This document shows, one piece after another, positions 47,033 to 60,338 of a DNA stretch of 64,000 bases (position 1 is its first letter; every line of letters begins with the position of its first letter). Both the position numbers and the translations under genes were made by a program. The stretch is from Takakia lepidozioides (Eukaryota; Plantae; Bryophyta), in NCBI GenBank assembly GCA_030704615.1, contig CM060731.1:86676001-86740000 (forward strand). The letters run 5' to 3'. Under the pieces are notes generated by a model, which saw nothing but the letters and a program-made list of their open reading frames with translations, did no database searches and was not told where the DNA came from.

Positions 47033-49232
47033 TCATGTAATAGTGCTGGTATGGCCCGCCAGTTCTCGGCGATTTGATGGCCAGGTGGAAGCAAATGGGA
47101 ACTTAATTCTCTTGTCAGAGGGCTGCAACGTGTGGATCCATTTAAAGCCAGTGGGTGGAGGGAGGATCGAAGGTAACTTCCAAACAAAAATCTGCCTAGA
47201 CTTATTTCTCTTATTCGAAGAGTCTGGTTCTAAGAATTGATTTTTGCTATCAGTCAGCATAGTTAGCCCCTCCAGAGGAAGCTCCCAAGCAAGGGTAGAG
47301 GACAGGAAGCAAGCAGCCTTCTTAGAGAAGATGGAACAGGAGCTTTCCAACCAGCCAGGCATGATTCTGTGTTCCTGAGAATGGTGGTCACGATCTAATG
47401 ACCAACCACGGGTGATGTTGGAAGCATCAGAAACAAAGAAAATGAGGGGAGAGTAAGCATGAGCAGTCATGCTTACCGCCGGGTGAGTCCAGTACTGTCT
47501 CCTCTGGCTAGACCGGCTCTGTGATTTTGTGGGCCTCATTGGAAGAGAGTAGCATGTGGTCTTGATTGTAGAGCACCATCTCCTTGTTGGGCTCTGTCTC
47601 CTTAGTGTAATAGGGTCCACACTTGCCTTTGTTTTATGCTCATGCAGGCTTGAGAGTTCAGCCACCATTTTTAGCCCTTCTTCCATGATGAGAGAACTGC
47701 GAGCCCATGCATTAGGGTCAGTAACCCTGCAAGAAATACCAAACTTGTCCACCCAAATTCCAAAGTTAGGGTTGTTAGTGGCAGCCAGGTCTTCAATTTT
47801 GAAAATCGGTAGCATGTGGATGACTGCCGGATTCACAAAAGCAGCATTATTCTCAACCATAACGGACTTCGCTCTTCACCTGACCAACCAAGTGCTCAGG
47901 GAGTTTTTCCCCCACATATCCATCTCTCAAACCCACATGCAGCCCAACAATCATGTATGCGGCCAAGGCTTCAGTGACCCAGGCAGAGCGGAAGCCTACA
48001 CCATTGTTAGGGACTAAAATTTTTGTGTATCCGTCAAAGAATCTATAAACGAGTGGGGTTACACAAATTGCTGCCCTGTCTCTGGCATAGGCAGTCCCGG
48101 GAGCCCATCCTGTTAGAGGTCTCTTTGAGAACGAGTGCAGCTCCAGGAATTCAGTGGCCAGGCTGTTGCTCTCCAAGAGATTCAGCTGTTCTTTGGAGAA
48201 TGGGAAGGAAGCCCAAGCTTCTGAGATTATGACCGGAGCCACCATAGCACCTGGCATTGAAGTTCTCAGTGTGGAGCCTGTCATGTCATTTGATAAAGCA
48301 GGTTGCTTGGAAACTTCCGAAAGCATGTTCTTGTGCAGCTTTGGGCAGTTGGCCCGTATATGGCCTTCTCCGTTGCACACGAAACAAATGGTGGAGATGA
48401 GCTCCTCCTTGATTGAGACAACGATATTATAGGAATCGTCCAAGGTAGGGAGCTTGATTGAAGACCCAATCGATTTTGACTCCGGCATTAGGACAACAAG
48501 CTTTGGCACTCCAACGTCTTTTGTGAGATCAACATGAATCGCTTCGTTGTCAACACTCTTAATGTTGTCCTGGATGGGTTCGAAGACGTTCGGGGAACCA
48601 ATAAATGTGCCGAAGCTGGCACCAATCTCGGGGAGCGATGTTAGGTAAGTGGCAGGGAGGTAAGGGATTACTATCACCCTTGGTCTCCACAAAACCCCTT
48701 GCTTGTGACCCCAGTCGTGTGTCCATGGAAATAAGAATACCTTTGTTTCAGACATTTCACAGTTGAATCCCAGCGCAGCTTCGGCTTCTGTTGGCGAGCA
48801 AAAAGGGGCCAAGTAGAACCCTCTTCCCATAGAAAGTAGAAATGTTGAGCCAGCCCTCTGTCTGCACCTAAGTGCTCTACAATTCATCTTCTTACCCATA
48901 ACCTGGGCCTTGGCTTCCCAGGGAAATAAAGTAGAATTCCTCTTTGGATTAGTTTCTGCGCCTGCAATTTGAGCTTTTTGTGCATCCAACTTCAGCACTG
49001 GCTGATCAGGGGCGTCCTGTGGGATGGAGTCTTCCCACACCCCCTCGTCCAAGAAAGGAGATTGTGCATTGATGGTGGGACTTGGGCCTTTACCCAAGAT
49101 TGAATCCCCTGAGCCATTAGAGGTGTTGTTTTTTATGATCCAAGTAGTCTTCCCTCCTTTGGCTGTAAGCGCTGAGCTGCTGCGCATTGCTGAGCCCCCC
49201 TTGCTCCCCCTTTTGCTTGCTCGAGAGCTCAT
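47033..49232 (-). pseudogene. L1-clade LINE ORF1 (RRM/DUF4283-like region + CCHC knuckle) with a long C-terminal extension; one frameshift
   Basis: MGRGFYLAPF...FLFPW...IPYLP...IGASFG, then CFVCNGEGHIRANC. The frame continues ~170 aa, then into 47860-47033 up to ORF2. Confidence 0.75.
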
Positions 49233-51848
49233 TGTTGCTAGCAAAAGAAGAACGCCAACAGACACATGCAAACAAACAGGCACAGAGTATCTCTTTCCTC
49301 CCTCCTGATCTTCCTGCAAAATCACAGATAGGACTTGCAAGGAAATGAAGAGAGACTGAACAACGAAACGACTTAGGAGACAAGGTGAACAAGTAGGCAA
49401 GAGGGCTGAGAGCCTTATCAGCTGAGTGTGGAAGCAGGTATAAGGGCTGGGTTGAGATTGATCACTTCCCTTCTTTCGGCGGCTGGAAATTGGGGAGCCG
49501 CCAGGAGTAAAGCGTGTGGGAGTAACATCGCCGACATTGGCCTCTTCAATACCTCATACTTCCTCACTGCACGAGGAGGGGGGTTGTCGCCATGAGTTGG
49601 GGACTGTAGCAAATATAATTGTGTTCTTACACCCTACAGAGGATGGCGGCTTCTACAGAGATAAGGAGCGACAAATTATGTGAACTTGGGAGGGCGCGCT
49701 GCAGCATAGCAATGACGGCCCATAAATGGGTTTAGAGGAGGGAGGTTGTGGATGATAGAGGGGAGAGAGGGGATGCCCGCGGCAGGCAGAGAGAAGGAAA
49801 AAAACGTGAGGATAGCAAAATTCTGTTAGTTCATTAGAGAGCAGGGGGTTAGGGCAATGCCGTCAAGACGTCATAGCTGCCTTAAGGAGGTATTGAAAGC
49901 TGCATCTGGCTTCAGTTCTCACTAGATTGGGAGAGGGGGTTCAAGGTGCACCTTCATGAGAGAGCTTGGAAAAAAAACCAAGTCCCCCAGCTCTCTCACC
50001 GCAATCTGCGGAGCCCCCCCGCCGATCATCCTTCTGATCATCCCCCCCCAATCTAGTATTCCATAGTGGACTGCCCCGGTTCCATGTAGTATTCCATACC
50101 TGGATGGGGTATTAATTAATTAATTGACAATTGTCACAAATTTCTTACTGGGATTGCATTCCATCAATTGTCAGCTTTCCGTTAATGCATACTTATTCAT
50201 TCATCCATAACTATTCAAAATTACGTTATGTACGTGCGATGGTTGATTAGATAGTTCAATGGGTCCTTTGAAACGTCGCGAGTAGGGTGCCTCTTGCCAC
50301 GGTTCCTCTCTTTCCGCTCTCTTCTTTGAGGAAAAACCTAATTGCGTGTGCTCTTCGCAGACGATTTGTGGAGGTTTGGCGATGGATTCCAGGGTGAAAA
50401 AGGGAGCGGGAGCCGCGTAGAGGATTTGGGGTGCAATGTGTGTGTTTTTGGAGGATTTTAGGTCTTCAAATCTTTGGTGTAGGTCGTTATTGAAAGGAAG
50501 AGAATACCCGGAGCAGACATGAATCTTGGATTTGTCTGCAGTATCTCTCAAGGTGACCATAAGCTATGCAAGCTTGAATTTAGCTGGAGGGAGAGCCATG
50601 ACGATCGCGGTGGGCAGAAGGGAACAGCCACGGAGATTTGTGGCGATAATTTGGGGTGATGATGTTGCAGTGTCCCGTTGACCTGAATACCCATTAAGTC
50701 GTCTCGAGGAAGGCTCGTAACTGGAGTTGTGACTAGGATTGTGGAATGGTGGAATACGGGAGATTGGAAAGCTGAGACCATACAAAGTATGTTTGAGCGT
50801 GTTTGATCGAAGGATAATAGGCCACTGTCATTCTATCTACTCTCAATATCCGGCACATTGTGGCATTCCCGCCACCACGTGCTGCATTAGTTGTGTCCTA
50901 CATTTTATCTTCGTTCGGTCAGATGAGCTCGAGATGACGGCTTGAAGATACGGATGCCGGCACATTCAACCCACCGTCCAGGCGTTTCCGTGAGATATGG
51001 CTCACTGGTTGGTACTCTATCCTTCAAACTTATTTCCAAGTTCAGTGACCTACTTGTGGCACCACTTTCAGCAGATTGTCTTACCATTTGGTCTGGGTTA
51101 TTCTGCGCATTTGATCAAAGTTTCTTCACGAGCCCTAGGGATTCTGCAAGGATCTATGAAAATTTCTCACTCATCACCTCGATCTCTGTTGAGGAAACTT
51201 GCCTAAGTTGGTCCTGCTTACTGGTTTCCAAGATAGATGGCCAAAGTATGTATGCCATGATTTATGTCCGTCATGAAACTGACCCGGCCATATCTCCTAT
51301 GTTGAGAGTATTTGTTTACTCTTCTTTGTTTTGAGATTGGATCCAGCTCAAACTAGTTTAAACTGAATTAGTATGTCATTCTTGAAGAAAAATAATCTGA
51401 GACCATTCTGTCTTCAATGCCAATCGTTGAATCCTCTCTCCAATTTTCTGAAGAATTTCTCCCTTCCCTTTTCTTAAGGACTGGACTCTACACTAACGCA
51501 TCTAAAAAACTGCTGACAAACGACCTCCGTTATTCAAGGGGTGGTTCATCGTCCATGGCTAAGGCCTTATGTTCGATGCTGAGGCGATGGTATCTGTATG
51601 TGGGTCCAATCCGAACTTGCATCTCCAGGTACTCCAGTCTATTCATCTAGATGATGGAGTGCACAGCTAGCCACGTAATATTGCAAACAAGCATGTCCAG
51701 TGCCTTGTTTTGTTTTTGTTACCAAATTTAACTTAAAAACTTAAACTTTTACTGACTGTCTTAGACTGTGTATATCACTGGAAAGTGATTAACAGTGATT
51801 ATCGTCTGGTCCTGGCACATTGAAAGGCTGATCCTGTCGTGGCATGGA

Positions 51849-52012
51849 TGCCTGACATTTGAAGTTTTCTTTAATATATGACTTGTCATAGTCATAACAA
51901 GCTCCTATTACCAATGGTTCTGCTCTTTCTTGCCTGACATTTGAAGTTTTCTTCAATATATGACTTGTCATAGTCATAATAAGCTCCTATTACCAATGGT
52001 TCTGCTCTTTCT
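51849..52012. repeat. Tandem duplication, 2 x 82 bp
   Basis: TGCCTGACATTTGAAG starts at 51849 and 51931. Confidence 0.9.
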
Positions 52013-52688
52013 TTCGGATTGGGGTGCATCTATGCATAAGACACTAGTAACTCTCTCTCTCTCTCTCTGGTCTTGTTTCCCTTGTACATCTCTTTCACAC
52101 ACCAACGAGTGACCTCAGGTGGGCAATGGCATTGTATGGGTGGATGAGACTGATCTCTGTTGGGCAGCTTGCCATAGAGGAACCATGGAGGCCTTATAGA
52201 CCTGAGAGGAGATGGCCTTCAGGGCGGTGGGTACTCTGTACTCTTTCTCCTCCCCCACTTTGTTTCCTTCCTTTCCCCCACATGTTTATGCCACTCTGTT
52301 TAGTCCAGAAAATGTCCTCCCCTCATGCGCAAAAAATACATTTCCTTGCACATGCCTCTATACCACATGGGAGTTGGTAGACCCATATACAATAGGACCT
52401 ATCTATCTACCTACCTACCTACCTTCAGGACCGCCACAGGTCCCCAGATACTTCACATTTCTGACAAATGCTGCATCAAGCCTGCAACAGCATACAGAAG
52501 TTGAAAAACCTATTTGCAGAATGTGGTCTACCTTCTCGTTTGATCTCCCAGTTTGTGAGCAGATGCCACAAGATGAGGCTGAATACATGTAGTCTTAGAT
52601 GTGGCTACTCAATGTTGCGGATTTAGCTATTGGTGCCTTAGCTGCTTTTGTATTGCTATCATGCATGGTTCTAAGGCTCTCATAAGTC

Positions 52689-54539
52689 ATGGAACTGTGG
52701 TTGCCTGACAGTGACGAAAGAGAGGGAGGTCCAGAGGAAGCTCTCATCCCTGGGCTTCCTGATGATCTAGCACTGCAATGCTTAGCCAAAATTTCACACG
52801 GCTACCACGGGTTACTCCAAGCTGTATCCAAGCGTTGGCACTATCTGATTCAAAGCCCTGAGTTTGCCCGTGCCCAGGCACAGGAGGGCCGTTGTGGTGA
52901 CTGGCTCTTTGTTCTCACTGAGGAGCCAAAAGAGGGGTACTGGACCGCCTATGATCCAGCAGCGGGTAAGTGGCATGTGCTGCCACCAATGCCAGGTGTC
53001 AATGCTCAGCACCGCCACTATGGGTTCGCTTGCGTAGGGGTGGCCAAGAAGCTGCTGGTTATGGGGGGCTATTATACAGCATTTGATCCCCCTATGCAAC
53101 CCACCAAATACTTTGCTACAAGTGATGTAATGCAATTTGATCCTTTCTCCAAGCAGTGGAGTAAGGCCACCAGCATGCGCGTACCCCGCTGCAACTTTGC
53201 ATGTGCTGTGATAGGTGGGCGGGTGTATGTGGCAGGCGGCTGCAGCTCATCACGGCGGAGCCCTCTGTCAGATGCTGAGGTCTTCAACCCTTCTGAAGAC
53301 AGGTGTATGCCTTTCGGATTTGTTGTCAAGAAATTTGATTGGAGAAGCCATGATGATATGTTTAATCCGTTGTGGATATTCATTATGTACACAGATAAAT
53401 GCTTATGCAATATGCATGTAAGAATGTACTCATAAGACGTTGTTTGCCGTAGCCTTGTGGCCAATATGCATGTAAGAGATTTACACCTTACACACCATAG
53501 TAGGAGCAAGGCAGCTGGCATATGTAAGTGTGTGAGAGATAGAGGGAGCGAGAGAAAGAAAGGGGGTTAGTGTGTCCACTGGGATACCAGCTGGATGTGG
53601 GGTCCCACCAGGGTATGTGGGTTTCAGTCGGAAGCTCCCATGGCGCACTTGGCATAGCAGATGATTAGAGGGAATTAAGTGTTGATTGAAGGGCTGACAT
53701 TGACATCATATTAGAAAGCATGAGATTGCTTCTTATTTTTTTGTCCTAGCCCTCTCTTGTCCAACAGATATGGTCCATGTGCCTCTTGTTGCACGGCCGG
53801 TCACACTCTTGTAGGAGATGTGCAGCATGAGAGAGATGCATACAACAGCCACGAGATTCTAGTAAATGAAATAGGAGGTTGGTATCGCACTGACTCTCCT
53901 TCCTCATCAATTTGGATGTAAAATGCTTGCAGGTGGGATGAGATAGCACCCTTGCCCAATGGGCGAGAGGATTGTGTTGGAGTTGCCCTGTCAGATCTGT
54001 TCTATGTGATTGCCGGTGTTGTGGAGAACCATGCGGATCAGCGAACAGTAGAGATTTATGACCCACAGAGGGCAGCATGGTACTCACTGCATGATGTATG
54101 GCTCTTCTCACGCCAGATGCCTTGCCCAGTAACATCCATGCATGGATCCATGTATGCCTTGGATGACTGGGATGCTAACACCATCAAAGTCTATGATCCT
54201 CAAATGGGTGCATGGGTCAGTATTGGTCCTGTCCCAGGGGTTGAAGTCCCTGGGCAGGTCCGGAAGCCAAAAGGCTTTAACTTTGGGCTCATTGGTCTGC
54301 GTGATGAGTTGTATGTGCTGGGTGGCAAAGTGCTGAGGTGGCAGCCCGCCAATGGGCACTGGAAGAAATTTGACATTTTGAGGTTGAATTCGGTGATTGC
54401 CTGTAATCCTACCATTAAAGATAACAATGTGGCCTGGAGGAGGGTGAAACCCATGGGGGCCTCAAGGGGGGCAGTTCTGGGGTGTGCTGTTTTAGAGGAG
54501 AGTACGTGTAACATTGCCAATCCTTCATCATCAATGTAA
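52689..54539 (+). CDS. F-box/kelch-repeat protein, 2 exons (52689-53302, 53933-54539), 406 aa
   Basis: LIPGLPDDLALQCLAKI...VSKRW F-box; kelch GG motifs (LLVMGG, VYVAGG, LYVLGG). A GT..AG intron at 53303-53932 joins the frames (SEDR|WDEIAPLP) with no stops. Confidence 0.92.
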
Positions 54540-57462
54540 ATACATGTAATTTTTCTCTCCCCCTCTCCCAATGTCTTAGTGGTGTAATAGTTACCATGGG
54601 TGCCCGAGAAAGCCAGTATCAGATGGAGCTTGTTTCCCTGACTTTACCACATCTACATCCCTAGGAGCTTCCAAACAATTTGATTGGAGACAATCTATGT
54701 CATGGTGGAAACTTCCTTCTGAAGAAAAGGGTAGTTGACGTCTGTCCGATAAACTCAAAACTTGTCAAGAATCAACAGACTTTATTCCTGCAGTTTGGTC
54801 AAGAAAGCCTTGGTGCCCCTCCGATGTTGGTTTTTTGAATAGGTGTTTTGTTGAGTACCCCCTTTAACATCTATCCCCTTTATGTTCATTATTCCGCTTC
54901 TTCCTTCAATTGCCCAACTGCCCATTGTTTTCATAGCTATAGATTTAAACATAGTTTGGAGATTCAGACAACAGAAACTTGGAAGTTATCTCAAGACGGG
55001 CATTGGCAAAGCCAGGTTTGAATAGGAGACCTTCAGCTTGTTAGACTGATGTGATAACCAACTACACCACGAAAACTATAATGATGTTGCTTTAGTGCAT
55101 CTTGACCTTCAAAGTAGCTTTTTTTGGCTGGCGAATTTTTGCCAAAAGGCTACCCTTTTTTTTGGGCTCCTACCTCACTAAAGGCAAATGAAAGGCATTT
55201 TTTTCCAATTTTTTTGCCAAATCAGGAGAGATGAAGGAGAGGATGTCGCTACCGAATCCATATGATTGCCATCATGGATCCGTTAAAACCTACCACTTGT
55301 CATATAGCGACATTTCTAGAAGTGACAGCTCATTTTTCTTGCAAGTGGGGCGGGTAAAGTTTGAAAAGAAGAAAAAATCATTTGGATGGGCAATCATTCG
55401 TTGGCACTTTCAATCAATTTCGATGGGGGATGGGAGTTGAATACACGCGTTTGAGCATGTGGGCCCCGCTCGTTGGAGCCCTCCGGGCCACCTATCGGAG
55501 TTTTTCTGTCAAATTCCCATCCTCTCTCCCGAAACCCCCCCCCCCCGACCCCCGTGCCCGGCTCCGGCCCCGAACCCCACTTGCCCGGCCCCCGCCCATC
55601 CGGACTGCCCCGCGTTGCACAGCGAGAGGAGTGATCCAAGATATGATGCAGGTGATTTACCAATACGTACGCCAGATAGAGTAGGATACAACAACAGGGC
55701 TCCGAGCCAGAACAAGAGGATTATGGCAGCGGGGCTCGAGCCAACTTCAGCATACCCACCATCAATGTGGTGCAAACAAGGAGGAGTTCACAAGGGCAAC
55801 TCCCTGGAATAGGCATTACTAGCCACACAGCTCTCAATTCACCACCAAATGTTTCAGACAAGGAGTTGTCTTTATCTCAAAGCACTGAGCACACCAGTGA
55901 AACCCCTAGCTAGAGCCAGAAAGGGAAGACCAGTGTACAATCGGAGGCCAGCAATTCATCACCTGATTCAGATTCAATCAGAATAGTGGGGCCTTGTGGC
56001 CATTGTAATCCCCCCCAGAGTACAAAGACAAGTGCATCAATAGGTTGGCGACTTGTCCCGTTGCAGAAGAGTATCCACTTCACCGAATCCAAGTGTGGCC
56101 TGGTGAATGAACTGGTATCTTTTGGGGTCGCACTACATCCTCTGCAGATATATGAGTAGAGATGCTTGAAGGGACCCACTTCCCTCTCGTCCCGAGACTG
56201 CCCTCACGCATGGTTACAAAATCTGGACATGTGCAATCAGGAAAATTCCTCATCGTAACCTGATATGCTCTGTCATGAACAACAGACCTTGAAGTGCGAG
56301 AATGACGTGGTGTGAACTACGCTAGCGAGAACCAACGTGGCGAAAACTGCTAACGTGGCGTGAGCCTGGCTGTCACAGGCTCACGCGGAGGCATTCCCCC
56401 TGTAGCACTAGGCCTTGTGGATGAGGCGGTGTTCCCGATGCATGAGTCTCAATGCAGTGACTCTATAGAGTGCACTGTTGTGGGGTCTAGAGTGGGATGC
56501 ACAGCGCTCCACACGACATCATTTGTCAAATGTACCTAAAAATAGCAAAAGGCTCTAGGGGGATGCTCCCACATTCATAGGGCTGTTCCGACTATATGGA
56601 ACTAAAGAATCGAAGAGTCACAAGTTTTGGTTCTGCCCAGACGATGTGGCTTGATGTGTGAAGGGAACAGTCCGGCCCTCTGTCATAATGAAGCCCCCCC
56701 TACCCGATATTTCGCCGGTGAAGGTGGGAACCTCTCTCTCATCCAAAGAGATTAGCATGTTGGAGGACGCTAGGTTTTGTCTTGCACGGTCTGTGGTGGT
56801 TCCTGCAACTACCCCAGGTAGGAATTCCCTTTTTGTTTGTCGAATGCCGCCTGCTGGTGCGGATTCGCATCCAACAAAGAGAAGTGGGAAAACAGTTCGC
56901 CGTGCCCTTTCAGGTGCAGATCACGACTGCAAGACGGAGTCAGCAAGAATTATGCAGGCGCGAGTGACAAATATGATGGAAGTCCCGGCCTCGGGCTATG
57001 GTCGATAACCGCGGACAGAACAGTGTGAAGGGGCCCTATAGCTGCGGACTTGAGCATTCGGCACATAAGGAACCATATTTGGGCGATGAGAAAAAAGTGC
57101 AGAACAAAGGATTCGAATGAATGTTACTGAATGATTGTGTTTGAGACCGAATATAGAAGAATGGTTGTGGATGAATTAATGAGGATGAAGGAGAATCAAT
57201 GTGGATGACACGCTCAGAATATGGATGAATATGGATGAAATCTTGCGGATGAATGATAATGGCTGAATGTTGGACGACAAATTGTGGATAAGAAGGAGTG
57301 CGCACCTTTCTTTCACCATGGTTCATAAATAGAAGAATATGATACCCAACCCTTCTTCCAACAGCAGCCAAACCCCACTGCCTTCCTTCCACACCGAAGC
57401 CGAGATCTCACCGAGCCCAGTGCAATGAGAAAACATTGCCACTGAAGATCCATGTAATTGAG

Positions 57463-57896
57463 GGGGCTGAAAATCCATGAGCAGTGAGTAGTGAGCAATG
57501 AGCAGTGACACCGAACCTTCACCGAACCGCACGGACCTATTTGCCGAACCACTTCTAGGTTCGGGATAGGTTCGGGTTATGGACTATTCCCATTTTGAGA
57601 TTTTTATTGCATATAACCCTCAAAGATTGAAGGTTTAGCGCCGAACCCCATTTCATACATTTAAAAAATAATAAGGAAAAATAAAAATAAAAATAAATCT
57701 TAGAAAACATAGGTGCCCGCACTGTTCGGGGCCGAACAGTGCCATAGGTTCAGTAGTGGTCCGAACTGGTTCGGCACAGGTTCGGCAGAATATTCTGCGG
57801 ATATTTGTGAGAATATCCCTGAATCAGAATCTAAAAATATGCCTCTGCTCATGGAAATGGATATCCTCTGCTCACTGCTCATGGAAAACTCACCTC
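57463..57896. mobile_element. MITE, 434 bp, 8-bp TSD, with internal CCGAACC/GGTTCGG repeats
   Basis: TSD TAATTGAG at 57455-57462 and 57897-57904; TIR G.GG-N8-CCATGAGCAGTGAG at both ends. Confidence 0.85.
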
Positions 57897-58809
57897 TAAT
57901 TGAGTATTGCTTACATCATTCAAATATTTATCTGAACCAAGCACAACGATCAATGTCGTTTGCACAAACATCACAATTTGGGAAAAATCCCTCATGAAGC
58001 ACATGATAAGATTGAATCAATGTGATCTACCATTTGGGAAAGATAGACTGATCAAAGCAATCGTAGAATAAGACAACACAACAGATGTGAGACAGACAGT
58101 ACTGACAATGCCCACCTAATCGCCTAAGCGAGTGACCTGCAATTTGCTCGTCTGTGCACATATGAGGCTGAGCATGCATGTAAACTTTGCTCATGCAGCT
58201 TTCTAGAGTGATGTGAAAGCCAGACTCCAAAGAACAAGTCATTGCTTGGAGAAGCTTGTGGTCAATGCTACAAGCCATAAAGTGTGCATTAACCTCCAAC
58301 AATCGGGCAACCATGATTAACAAATATAGAACCAGCAAAATTTTATACCATCCTACTACTAGATTACCACGAACTCACTTTCCAATGCAGCCATGGGATT
58401 ATAAAGTAGTGTAGGTACAGAAAATGTGTGACATTCGTCCCAATAAAAAAATGCAAGAGAAAACAGCAAGAGAACCGAGATTTGAATTTTGATAAACCAA
58501 GAAGTATGTGTCCACTGGCAACAACATTATGAAGTTTGCATTTCAGTCACATGCAGATGTACTGTCTCGCGGAATTACTACTATCCCCCGAAACTTGGGC
58601 ACTATCATCCACGAAAACCCTTGCTCCGACGTGCCTATTCGACTTCCAAACAGACCGATAGGCAGTTGGGGGAGACAGCGTGAGACACTGCTGACGAGCA
58701 ATGGCCTCCGCGTAGTTGGGGAGGATGTATGAACGAGAAGGGCTGCACGACAAGTCACTCTGAAGACCACAGACCTTTTTTTTTTTTTCCCTCCCCCCTG
58801 GCTAGTTGG

Positions 58810-59305
58810 AAAAACAGTGTGCGGCGCCGCACACCCTTTCTGTCCATTAGAAAAACACCGAATTCGGGACCCCAAAACAGTATGCGGCACCGCACACCCT
58901 TTCGGCCCATTAGAAAAAAACCGAATTTGGGACCCCAAAACAGTGTGCGGCGCCGTACACCCTTTCTGCCCATTGAAAAACATCGAATTCGGACCCCATC
59001 AAGCTCATGGAGGGGTCCCGAATTCAGTCTTTTTAAATGGGCAGAAAGGGTGTGCAGCGCCGCACACTGTTTTGGGGTCCAACCAACCAGGAAAAAATAA
59101 ATAAAATAAATCAAGTTTTTTTTTTCTTTTTTTCTTTTTTTCCCTCCATGGTTGGATTGAAAAATAGTGTGCGGCGCCGTACACCCTTTCAGCCCATTGA
59201 AAAACACCGAATTCGGGATCTCATCAAGCTCATGGAGAAGGTTCCATTGAGTGTTGAAGGGGGTAGAGAAGAATGCACCCACGGTCTGCGGCACCGCATA
59301 CCTTT
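58810..59305. repeat. ~63-bp repeats with a GTGTGCGGCGCCGCACAC palindrome core (direct and inverted)
   Basis: Cores at ~58817, 58880, 58943, 59050 (inverted context), 59167 and 59287. Confidence 0.85.
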
Positions 59306-59339
59306 TAAGTTCCCTCTGAATGTGTGCTTTGACACATTT

Positions 59340-59845
59340 CCAGATGCTCCGAAGCACACCATTTTCTGCCATGTGAATCCATTTCAAGTATCCTTCATGC
59401 TTCCGGTTGTTGTCTGAAGAGACCTCAGAGAGAGAGAGAGAAGACTCCGGCCAAAGCCAGCGTAACTAAGAGCCACTTCGCCTTACGGCTACTGCCCCCT
59501 TTCGGGGGTGGGCCCTCTACAAGTGACCTTAAAATGAGCCTTTTTGGGTGGGGCGGAAACGGTGTGCTTCAAAGCACACGATTTATGCTATGTATTCAAT
59601 CCCTTTCAAGTACCCGCCATGCTTTCTGTTGCTGTCTGAAGAGACCTCAAAAAAAGCTTTTTGGATGGGGCAGAAATGGTGTGCTTCGAAGCACACCATT
59701 TCTGCTATGTATGCAATCCCTTTCAAGTACCCTCCATGCTTTCTGTTGCTATCTGAAGAGACCTAAAAAATAGCCTTTTGGATGGGGCACAAACGGTGTG
59801 CTTCGAAGCACACCATTTCTGCTATGTTTTCAATCCCTTTCAAGG
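59340..59845. repeat. 117-bp tandem repeats with a GTGTGCTTCGAAGCACAC palindrome
   Basis: Cores at 59562, 59679 and 59796; the first unit is interrupted by the SINE-like insert. Confidence 0.85.
59426..59524 (-). mobile_element. ~95-nt SINE-like element with a (TC)n tail, copy 2
   Basis: Reverse complement matches 2610-2704; flanked by GACCT (59421-59425 / 59525-59529). Confidence 0.8.
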
Positions 59846-60338
59846 AGACGCGTCGCGGTGGATTCCTGCTTTAAGAAGGTGGATTCTTCCTTGAAGACAT
59901 CGAATGGATACAAATGGATGCGAATGGTTTGTCATTTCATTTCGAGTTTGTCATTCGTGGTTTTCTGGTTTCATGTTTTGATGAACGAATCCCACGGTTA
60001 TAGGCCCCTCGGTTATAGGCGCCATATCTTTCTGGTGACGTGGCGATGGCTGTCCTAGCGCCACGTTAGCATACCCACACCACGTCGGCAGGCTCACGCC
60101 ACGTCGGCGTGACCGTACGTTCACGCCACATCAGCTGGTGTGAGCGTAGGCTCATGCCACGTCAGCATTGTGTGAGCGTACGCTCACGTCGTTGCGTCGT
60201 TGGCGCTGCAGTGCTTAGAGGGTTCGGAGTTGGTGCACTGGAATTGGATCCACCAGCGAAGGTGGTAGTACATGACTTTCCGTGCAGTGGAGAGACGATG
60301 GGGACAGAGAAGTTGACTTTGTTGGGGCGGTGAGAATC

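Larger units (their letters stand above)
56405..60202 (+). mobile_element. Deleted relative of the 2836-14757 MULE: transposase C-terminal remnant (~56430-57008) and right terminus
   Basis: KFWFCPDDV..CVKGTVRPSVIMKP...PVKVGTSLSSKEISMLEDA matches 13480-13670. 59985-60202 matches 14570-14757 and ends TTGCGTCGTTG. A reversed left-TIR-like sequence ends at 56402. Confidence 0.75.

Noticed and set aside
50200-51700. Protein-coding gene
   Set aside because: Short broken ORFs with no recognisable motif; probably a decayed retroelement remnant.
59426-59524. HDV-like or hammerhead ribozyme identity for the small element
   Set aside because: GGCGAA resembles J4/2, but there is no P3/L3 or P1.1 pattern and no CUGANGA core; left as an unclassified structure.
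49696-60211. Pack-MULE enclosing the F-box gene (GCGCTGCAG at 49696 and 60203)
   Set aside because: No TIR follows the left 9-mer, and a chance 9-mer match is plausible in 64 kb.
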